Shown here in pieces: positions 1 through 7,051 of a stretch of DNA of 7,411 bases. A program made the position numbers and the translations under genes. Source of the stretch: Octopus sinensis (taxonomy: Eukaryota). The DNA lies in contig NW_021828478.1 in the NCBI RefSeq assembly GCF_006345805.1, positions 1-7,411 of the forward strand. Direction: 5' to 3'. The first letter of the stretch is position 1. Each line of letters opens with the position of its first letter. The notes beneath the pieces were generated by a model. That model was not told the origin of the DNA. It saw only the letters and a list, made by a program, of their open reading frames with translations, and did not search any database.

Positions 1-46
<46 letters not shown>

Positions 47-240
47 ATATATATTATATATATATATCATATTTATGTGCATAACGCAGACACACACATA
101 TACATATATATATATACGTACGCACACACCCACATATATATATTTATGTATGTATGTGTGTGTGTGTGTGTGTGTATACTTACACATACACAATGACCAT
201 CTATTCATACACAGTCATATACACATACATTCATATACAA
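1..240. repeat. Compound microsatellite / low complexity: (TA)n, (CA)n, (TATG)n, (TG)n
   Basis: Near-pure TA run 1-67, then CA, TATG and TG runs to about 240. Confidence 0.95.
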
Positions 241-433
241 TGCTCTTCCGTTATCGGAATGAAAATGGAAACTGGCAAAATAGACAGGTGGAATAAGCAA
301 ATACATTATCAGCAAAAAGATTATACGCTCAGATACTGAGATTCATATATATTACGAATTTATGTATGCCCGAAGCAAGTCTATATAATTAGAATACAAA
401 AGCTGAAAACAACTTTTCTCTGTCAACTCAACC

Positions 434-438
434 TATAT

Positions 439-484
<46 letters not shown>

Positions 485-574
485 GCATATATATGTACAT
501 ATATATATATATATTGCATATATATGTATATATATATATATGTGCATATATATGTACTATATATATATATATGC

Positions 575-629
<55 letters not shown>

Positions 630-731
630 ATATATATGTGCATATATATGTACATATATATATATATATGTGCATATATATGTATATATATATATATATG
701 TGCATATATATGTACATATATATATAATATA

Positions 732-770
<39 letters not shown>

Positions 771-895
771 ATATATATATATATATATCTATGTGCATAT
801 ATATGTACATATATATATATATATGTGCATATATGTATATATATATATATATATGTGCATATATATGTACATATATATATATATATATGCATATA

Positions 896-945
<50 letters not shown>
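434..945. repeat. (TA)n array with recurring higher-order unit ATGTGCATATATATGTACAT
   Basis: About 510 bp of TA interrupted repeatedly by GTGCAT/GTACAT motifs (e.g. 481-500, 791-810). Confidence 0.95.
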
Positions 946-948
<3 letters not shown>

Positions 949-1305
949 TAGGAAGAAATGGGCTCCTCGTGAGCGTTTGTCGAAAGCTTGCTGTGCATTT
1001 TGTTGGAGAATTAAGTTCCTGGATTTTCCTGAAGAGAAGGCTGCAAAATGGACTCCTATTCAATCCGAATTAGGGACTTTGCAAGCCTTTGAAACATATG
1101 TAGAAAATAATAAAAGGAATTTTGTTAAATCTTCGTTCAGCTCCATTTCTTCCTACGCTAAATATATAAAACTTCAATTTCCGCACTAAGGCACGGTTTT
1201 TAGGCCCCTCAACCGTGCTTTTTCTGTTGTGATTTTTGCTACCCAGGTATCGGTTATCATTTGAATTATCCGTAATAAGATAATTCATTTATCTACTTCA
1301 ATAAT
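944..1305 (+). mobile_element. Short non-autonomous Penelope-like (pseudo-LTR-type) element carrying a hammerhead ribozyme, inserted in (TA)n
   Basis: (TA)n on both sides; 5' stub 944-961 is a 17/18 inverted copy of 1143-1160; HHR at 1023-1108 followed by AATAAA at 1109-1114; 1091-1296 homologous to element 7052-7322. PLE assignment is inferred from architecture; no RT/GIY-YIG ORF present. Confidence 0.7.
1023..1108 (+). ncRNA. Type I hammerhead ribozyme motif, canonical core
   Basis: Helix I ATTTTC(1023-28)/GAAAAT(1103-08); CTGAAGA(1029-35); helix II GAAGGCT(1036-42)/AGCCTTT(1084-90), extended by GCAAA/TTTGC; GAAA(1091-94); palindromic helix III ACATATGT(1094-1101); GUA triplet, predicted cleavage after 1102. 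Confidence 0.85.
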
Positions 1306-1470
1306 TATATATATATATATATATATAGATATATATATAATATATATATATATATAATATAATATATATATATATATATACATATATATAATATAATATA
1401 TATTATATAATATTATATATATATATATTATATACATTATCTATATATATATATATATGTGTAATATATA
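1306..1470. repeat. Degenerate (TA)n microsatellite
   Basis: Almost exclusively alternating A/T. Confidence 0.95.
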
Positions 1471-1868
1471 CTCTTTTACTTGTTTCAGTCATTTGACTGC
1501 GGCCATGCTGGAGCACCGCCTTTAATCGAGCAACTCGACCCGGGACTTATTCTTTTGTAACCAGTACTTATTCTATCGGTCTGTTTTGCCGAACCGCTAA
1601 GTAACGGGGACATAAACACACAACATCGGTTGTCAAGCAATGCTAGGGGGACAAACACAGACACACAAACATACACGCACACACATATATATATATACAT
1701 ATATACGACAGTCTTCTTTCAGTTTCCGTCTACCAAATCCACTCACAAGGCTTTGGTCGTCCCGAGGCTATAGTAGAAGACACTTGCCCAAGGTGCCACG
1801 CAGTGGGACTGAACCCGGAACCATGTGGCTGGTAAGCAAGCCACTTACCACACAGCCACTCCTGCGCC
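1471..1868 (-). mobile_element. Full-length tRNA-derived SINE, family A (CORE-like, octopus-type)
   Basis: Minus strand begins GGCGCAGGAGTGGCTGTGTGG (A-box-like), then GGTTCAGTCCC (B-box-like), ACCTTGGGCAAGT (resembles MIR/CORE motif), internal TA/TG tract and AGTAAAAGAG tail; collinear with 5234-5680. Confidence 0.92.
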
Positions 1869-1885
1869 TATTATTTATGTAATAG

Positions 1886-1928
1886 TTACAGTTGAAAAGG
1901 TCTCAAACGGCCGAAACCGGTACTGAAA
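1886..1928 (+). ncRNA. Minimal type I hammerhead ribozyme motif with U3-A8 core variant
   Basis: Helix I TTACAG(1886-91)/CTGAAA(1923-28), one mismatch; core TTGAAAA(1892-98); helix II GGTC(1899-1902)/GGCC(1909-12); GAAA(1913-16); palindromic helix III ACCGGT(1916-21); GUA triplet ending 1922. Confidence 0.7.
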
Positions 1929-1983
1929 TGTTCTTTATGAAATTATTTTAGCATTTTCTATCTTGACTTGTTTTCACCCCCCC

Positions 1984-1985
<2 letters not shown>

Positions 1986-2017
<32 letters not shown>

Positions 2018-2190
2018 AGTGTGTGGTGTGTGTGTGTGTATGTATGTATTTGTATATATATATTATATTAATATATATATTATATATATATATATATATA
2101 ATATATATATATATTATGTATAATATATATATATATATATATATAATATATATATAATATATATAAATATATTTATATATATATATATAA
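1986..2190. repeat. (TA)n/(TG)n compound microsatellite
   Basis: Direct inspection. Confidence 0.95.
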
Positions 2191-2296
2191 AATATGTATT
2201 AAAATACACAGCTTTATTTTGAGATTGCTAGTGTTAACAATACTCGCAAATAAATATAGACTGGAGTTGTAGTGCTCCAAGTGTGCTATATTCCAC

Positions 2297-2666
2297 TTCA
2301 ACAGAGGCAATGCAAGCGGAAACTATAGGAACACAATTAAGATTCACACTCGAAAATCAAATACACACATATGTTCATATAGTCTTCCATATTTACAAAA
2401 CGGATATATAAATTCCAAATATATAAATATATATAAATATAAAAATATATATAAATAGATCAAAATCAGTGTTTTACAGTGAATTTACATTTCAAAGTTA
2501 TAAAACACTGATGCAATAAAAATTTGGTATGATAAAAGATTAAAAGAACGTATTAAAATCTGGAAGAATATATGGAAGAATATATAAAATATGTGTATGT
2601 TTTTGATTTTCGAGTGTGGATCTTAATTATGTTCCTATAGTTTCCGCTCGCATTGCCTCCGTTGAA
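2297..2666. repeat. Long inverted repeat (arms 2297-2392 and 2570-2666), probable fold-back or PLE-like insertion
   Basis: Arms of about 96 bp with roughly 10 differences; perfect block AGCGGAAACTATAGGAACA (2315-2333); the unit lies between two TA arrays. Confidence 0.85.
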
Positions 2667-2677
2667 ATTAGAAATAT

Positions 2678-2716
2678 GAATATGTATATATATATATATA
2701 TTATATATATATATAT

Positions 2717-2775
<59 letters not shown>

Positions 2776-2788
2776 TACACGCACACAT

Positions 2789-2846
<58 letters not shown>

Positions 2847-2883
2847 TTGTATGTAAGTAAATATATATGTTTTTATATATATA
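2678..2883. repeat. Compound microsatellite (TA)n-(TATG)n-(CA)n-(TA)n
   Basis: Direct inspection. Confidence 0.95.
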
Positions 2884-2914
2884 AGTCCTTAAATCCTTAA
2901 AAATGTTTTAACCC

Positions 2915-2949
2915 GAAAGCTGCGGCCATTCTGGGGCACCACCGTTGAA
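2915..2949 (-). mobile_element. Short 3'-terminal fragment related to SINE family A
   Basis: CTGCGGCCATTCTGGGGCACCACC matches CTGCGGCCATGCTGGAGCACCGCC at 1497-1520. Confidence 0.65.
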
Positions 2950-2977
2950 TGTGCTACATTAGTATTTGAAACTACCT

Positions 2978-3207
2978 ATTTCTTTACTACCCACAAGGGG
3001 CTAAACATAGAGTGGACAAACAAGGACAGACAAACGGATTAAGTCGATTATATCGACCCCAGTATGTAACTGGTACTTAATTTATGGACCCCGAAAGGAT
3101 GAAAGGCAAAGTCGACCTCAGCGGAATTTGAACTCAGAACGTAGCGGCAGACGAAATACCACTAAGCATTTCGCTCGACGTGCTAACGTCTCTGCCAGCT
3201 CGCCGCT
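2978..3207 (-). mobile_element. Full-length tRNA-derived SINE, family B (central domain resembles Meta/MESC SINE domain)
   Basis: Minus strand GCGGCGAGCTGGCAGAGACGTTAG (A-box-like), GAGTTCAAATTCC (B-box-like, 3123-3135), then GCCTTTCATCCTTTCGGGGTCCATAAATTAAGTACCAG; flanked by 17-bp direct repeat AGTATTTGAAACTACCT at 2961-2977 and 3214-3230. Confidence 0.88.
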
Positions 3208-3353
3208 TTATAAAGTATTTGAAACTACCTCTGATACGTGGCACTTGGCCAACAAGGGAGTTCGACGCCGCTTCCCGCACCTGTGTTTCCTGCCGAAAAG
3301 CAGGTTCATCTGGAACCCCTGGCAAGAAAAATTCCAGTTTAGTCTTATATATA

Positions 3354-3502
3354 GTGTGGCTGGGTGGTAAGAAGCCTGTTTCCCTACCACATGGTTCCGG
3401 ATTCAGTCTCATTGCATGGCACTTTGGGCAAGTGTCTTCTACTATAGCTTCAGTCTGATGGAAACTGAAAGAAGCCCGTTCTTGCTCGTATGCGTATGTG
3501 TA
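3354..3502 (+). mobile_element. 5' half of SINE family A (diverged, internal deletion)
   Basis: GTGTGGCTGGGTGGTAAG...CCACATGGTTCCGG...TTGGGCAAGTGTCTTCTACTATAGC...GGAAACTGAAAGAAGCCCGT; lacks the CCAAAGCCTTGTGAGTGGATTTGG segment; ends at the internal microsatellite. Confidence 0.85.
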
Positions 3503-3820
3503 GATATTCCTGAATTTATGCTTCGGAGTAACGTTGATGAAGATAGCAGTAGATATATTTTTTTAACTTTAAGCTTGAAACAGGATGTTGCACACATTTA
3601 ACCAAAAGTTTAAATCATTATCTTTCTTTTATTAAACTACAGCCCTTGTTTTATATTTCAGAGTTTTTAAGGTGGTATTAGCGTCTTTTGGCGTCTAATT
3701 CAAACGCGTGGAGAGGTTTATAGCCAATCCCTTACTATAATTATGTATATAATTATTATAATATTTGTAAAATTTACCCATAAGGTCTTTATTTCCGCGC
3801 CGATCCCTTGGTAAAATCGT

Positions 3821-4167
3821 GCCAATGTGATTCCTGCCATCTCTAGCATTCTAAAAGACCACGTAGAGGATGGGCTACTTTTGCATACGTTTAAAAGAGA
3901 GAGAGTTAAGTCAACATAATACCTGACTATTTCATAAATTCTAGCGGTGTTTTTCTATGTTTGGTATTATTCTAAATTGATTTACTGAGCGAATGAGCAC
4001 GATTAGACGAATAAAGACGACAAATGAAAATTAGAAGTACATACAAGAAAAATTATACAAACTGGGAATCAAAGGTGTTAATGTCATAAATAGTAATTAA
4101 CAGAAACATCACCCTTCAAGTTAAATGAGACAAACCAGAAATTTTAAATCAATAAAACTAATTACGT
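3821..4167 (+). repeat. Direct duplication, copy 1 (347 bp)
   Basis: Collinear with 4703-5020 from GCCAATGTGAT to AATTA(C/T)GT; long identical block TTTAAAAGAGAGAGAGTTAAGTCAACATAATACCTGACT. Confidence 0.95.
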
Positions 4168-4414
4168 TGTGTGTGTGTGTGTGTGTGTGTGTGTCTGACT
4201 TTGTGTTTGTGTTGGTCGCCTACCGGCGCTTGACAACCAGTGTTGGAGTGTTGTCCCCGTAACTTAGTGGTTCGTTAGAAGAGACTGATAGAATAAATAC
4301 CAGGTTTATAAAGAAAATAAGTACTGGGATCGATTAGTTCAACAAACATTCCTCAAGGCGGTGCCCCAGCATGGCCGCAATCTTATGAGTGAAAGAAGAT
4401 AAAATACAAAAGAT
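4168..4414 (+). mobile_element. 3' half of SINE family A (diverged), starting at its (TG)n tract
   Basis: GCTTGACAACC...CCCCGTAACTTAGTGGTTCG...GATAGAATAA...AAGGCGGTGCCCCAGCATGGCCGCA and A-rich tail, matching 5430-5680. Confidence 0.85.
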
Positions 4415-4462
4415 GAAAAACTACGCCACTCTTTCCATTCTAGAATTTGTTAACTGAATATT

Positions 4463-4572
4463 TTTGGTCTGCCCGAGGTCTGTAGAAGACACTTGCCCAA
4501 GGTGCCCCGCAATGAGAGTGAACCTGAAACCATGTTGTTGGGAAGCAAGCTTCGTACCACACAGCCACGCCT
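4463..4572 (-). mobile_element. 5' fragment of SINE family A
   Basis: Reverse complement reads AGGCGTGGCTGTGTGGTACGAAGCTTGCTTCCC...ACCTTGGGCAAGTGTCTTCTAC; closest to the copy at 5695. Confidence 0.9.
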
Positions 4573-4702
4573 GTGGTCATTTTACTATTAAGTTTTCTTG
4601 CAGAAGGAGTCCTTGAATATTTTTGAGATGAGAGAATAGTTGAAAAAAATAGAGTTGAATTTGTAGGTATGACTATTTTCTATGCTATAGGCCTTAGAAT
4701 AG

Positions 4703-5020
4703 GCCAATGTGATCCCTGCTATCTCTAGCATTCTAGAAAACCACGTAGAAGATGGGCTACTTTTGAATATGTTTAAAAGAGAGAGAGTTAAGTCAACATA
4801 ATACCTGACTGTTTCATAAATTTTAGCGGTGTTTTTCTGTGTTTGGTATTGATTTACTGAGCGAATGAGTACTATTAGGAATAAAGGAGACAAATGCAAG
4901 AAAGATTATACAAGTTTGGAATCAAAGGTGTAAATATCATAAATAGTAATTAACAAAAACGTCGCCCTTCAAGTTAAATGAGACAACCCAGAAATTTTAA
5001 ATCGATAAGATTAATTATGT
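4703..5020 (+). repeat. Direct duplication, copy 2 (318 bp)
   Basis: Collinear with 3821-4167; lacks two short segments (about 10 and 17 bp) present in copy 1. Confidence 0.95.
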
Positions 5021-5233
5021 ATATGCAGTGAATGTAATCTTTCGTCGTGTGATACTTGTTTTCGTATTACTGACCTCCACAGCGAAAACGTAGCCTAAAT
5101 GTTAACGAACCTCTTCGGTGTTTAGTGAAGTCTATAAGGATTCTGGTGAAAGGACATGGCGTGTTGTAAGTTAAAATAGTTTCTTGGGAAAAGTATTCAA
5201 GGACCCCCATCTGCAAGAAAACTTAATAGTATA

Positions 5234-5680
5234 GGCGCAGGAGTGGCTGTATGGTAAGTAGTTTGCTTACCAACCACATGGTTCCGGGTTCAGTCCCACT
5301 GCGTGGCACCTTGGGCAAGGGTCTTCTAATATAGCCTCGGACCGACCAAAGCATTGTGAGTGGATTTGGTTGACGGAAACTGAAAGAAGCCCGTCGTATA
5401 TATGTATATGTATGTATATATGTGTGTGATATGTGTGTGTGTGTGTGTGTGTGTGTTAGTGTGTCTGTGTTTGTCCCCCCTCCAACATCGCTTGACAACC
5501 GATGCTGGTGTGTTTACGTTCCCGTAACTTAGCGGTTCAGCAAAACAGACCGATAGAATAAGTACTAGGCTTCCAAAGAATAAGTCCTGGGGTCGATTTG
5601 CTCGACTAAAGGCGGTGCTCCAGCATGGCCGCAGTCAAATGACTGAAACAAGTAAAAGAGTAAAAGAGTAAAGAGTAAAG
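5234..5680 (+). mobile_element. Full-length tRNA-derived SINE, family A
   Basis: A-box-like TGGCTGTATGG (5244-5254), B-box-like GGTTCAGTCCC (5287-5297), CORE-like ACCTTGGGCAAG, internal TA/TG tract, tail (AGTAAA(A)G)x4 at 5651-5680. Confidence 0.93.
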
Positions 5681-5694
5681 AGTAAAATGACCAC

Positions 5695-5921
5695 GGGTGT
5701 GGCTGTGTGGTACGAAGCTTGCCTCCCAACCACATGGTTTCGGGTTCACTCTCATTGCGTGGCACCTTGGGCAAGTGTCTTCTACTATATCTCAGGCCGA
5801 TCAAAGCCTTGTGAGTGGATTTGGTAGATGGAAATAGAAAAAAGTCCATCGTATATGTATATGTATATAAATATGTATTATGTGTGCGAGCGTGTGTGTG
5901 TGTGTGTGTGTGTGTTTGTGT
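5695..5921 (+). mobile_element. 5' half of SINE family A ending in (TG)n
   Basis: GGGTGTGGCTGTGTGG...ACCTTGGGCAAGTGTCTTCTACTATA...AAAGCCTTGTGAGTGGATTTGGTAGA, then TA/TG tract; 3' half absent. Confidence 0.9.
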
Positions 5922-5963
5922 ACATGGTATGACGATTTTTTCTGCTTCAACAATTCAACAATT

Positions 5964-6018
5964 CATGTGGTTGGTAAGCAAACTACTTACCATACAGCCA
6001 CTCCTGCGCCTATACTAT
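5964..6018 (-). repeat. Perfect 55-bp inverted copy of 5226-5280 (SINE head plus its flank)
   Basis: 55/55 identity to the reverse complement of 5226-5280. Confidence 0.92.
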
Positions 6019-6205
6019 ACTGAATCTGTCTGAAAATGCCAGAGAATATAGGTCAGTTTCAAAATATTTATGCTGAGGTCACAAAAAGCAAAATTTGAAA
6101 GGAAAGTTGTCATTTCCTTTAATTTCTCGATAGAAACAAACAGGAGCAAAAGTAAAAAGAAAGAACAATTTACCTTTAGGTTTGAATTATACCGGGTCTA
6201 CCTCT

Positions 6206-6236
6206 GTATTAATATATATATAATATATATATAATA

Positions 6237-6269
<33 letters not shown>

Positions 6270-6300
6270 CTATATATATATATATATATATATATATAGA

Positions 6301-6366
<66 letters not shown>
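6206..6366. repeat. (TA)n microsatellite
   Basis: Direct inspection. Confidence 0.95.
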
Positions 6367-6368
<2 letters not shown>

Positions 6369-6388
6369 TTCTATAATTATAAACATAA

Positions 6389-6760
6389 CTAGAAGTATCG
6401 CCCGGCGTTGCTTGGGTTTGTTTCGACCCTCTAGAATTTTTGAAAAGTAAAAATTTTGCATTATGTAGCTTTAAGTGAACATGTTTCTGGTTGAAATACA
6501 CCGAAAAATGGCGACACAGCAGTAAAAAATCGTAAAAAATAGGGATTTACATAGAAAAAAGCCCCCTTGTGATGTAAATAATTTTTGGTGTTAACATGGT
6601 CCGATTTGAATTTTTCTTCTACAGAAGGAAGAGCAAGCCTTCTGCTATCATACTCTCAATTTTGATCAACTTGCGCCGCATGGTCTCGGAGGTGATAGTG
6701 TTAGTTGAAGGCTACCAAACCTGCCATACTCAGACAACTTCAGCTTTATATATAGAGAGA
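6389..6760 (-). mobile_element. Non-autonomous Helitron (372 bp)
   Basis: Minus strand reads A|TCTCTCTATATATAAAGC...CCCAAGCAACGCCGGG-CGATACTT-CTAG|T: 5' TC, imperfect GC-rich hairpin (6401-6416) 8 nt before 3' CTAG (6389-6392), A|T insertion site, no TSD. Confidence 0.82.
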
Positions 6761-6840
6761 TTATAATTAGGGGTCAGTTAATTGCTTCGCCGCGCACCGA
6801 ATTTAGAAATAGCAGTTTATAAATAAATAAATAACCATGA

Positions 6841-7034
6841 TAGATCGTTAGCCACTACACACATTTTTTCTCTACTAGTTTCTCTCCTTGTTTTTTTCTG
6901 TGTCCCTTTCTGTAGAAGAGCGTAGGCTTGAAACGTAAAAGACTTTTTCTATTCCTGAGCGTTACACTAATACATCTGTTAGTTTTGTGCACTACCTGTC
7001 TTCGTCTTTTGTATTTTTTTTCGTAAACTCTCCC
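6841..7034 (+). mobile_element. Putative PLE-like terminal repeat fragment with variant hammerhead motif, ending at (TA)n
   Basis: Pyrimidine-rich segment containing the HHR-like motif 6906-6941 and ending AACTCTCCC directly at (TA)n 7035-7051. Left boundary uncertain. Confidence 0.5.
6906..6941 (+). ncRNA. Hammerhead-like motif with non-canonical core
   Basis: CTTT(6906-09)/AAAG(6938-41); CTGTAGA-A(6910-17); GAGC-GTAG-GCTT hairpin (6918-29); GAAA(6930-33); palindromic ACGT(6933-36); GUA triplet ending 6937. A6 is replaced by U and there is one extra A. Confidence 0.45.
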
Positions 7035-7051
7035 TATATATATATATATAT

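Noticed and set aside
433-1073. Long ORFs (up to 196 aa) rich in Y/I/C/M/H; likewise ORFs at 75-339, 1963-2157, 2553-2900 and 6187-6501
   Set aside because: Translations of TA/TG/CA microsatellites, which lack stop codons; no protein-like composition.
944-1160. Interpretation as a Tc1/mariner MITE with 18-bp TIRs and TA TSD
   Set aside because: Homology with 7052-7322 extends about 140 bp beyond the right 'TIR', and the stub length differs between copies; with the HHR this favours a PLE-like origin.
1485-1882. ORFs with recurring peptide HLPKVPRSGTEPGTMWL (also 5223-5498, 5565-5849, 5815-6033)
   Set aside because: Antisense or sense read-through of the same SINE family, not a protein family.
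2318-2332. GGAAACTATAGG resembling an HHR 3' half
   Set aside because: Lacks U16.1 and any upstream CUGANGA-like core.
3530-3595. TTGATGA...GAAAC...GTT hammerhead-like order
   Set aside because: No convincing helix I or helix II pairing.
3128-3601. Overlapping 60-92 aa ORFs
   Set aside because: They span SINE fragments and junctions between unrelated repeats.
4588-4899. 103-aa minus-strand ORF
   Set aside because: No recognisable motif; copy 1 of the duplication has a frame-breaking indel in the equivalent region.
5058-5095. GTTTTCG/CGAAAAC stem with CTGA and GAAAACGTA
   Set aside because: Core is CTGACCT, not CUGANGA; a 7-bp stem is plausible by chance.
5234-5305. tRNA-like sequence with A and B boxes
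   Set aside because: It is the head of a SINE; no complete cloverleaf and it continues into SINE body.
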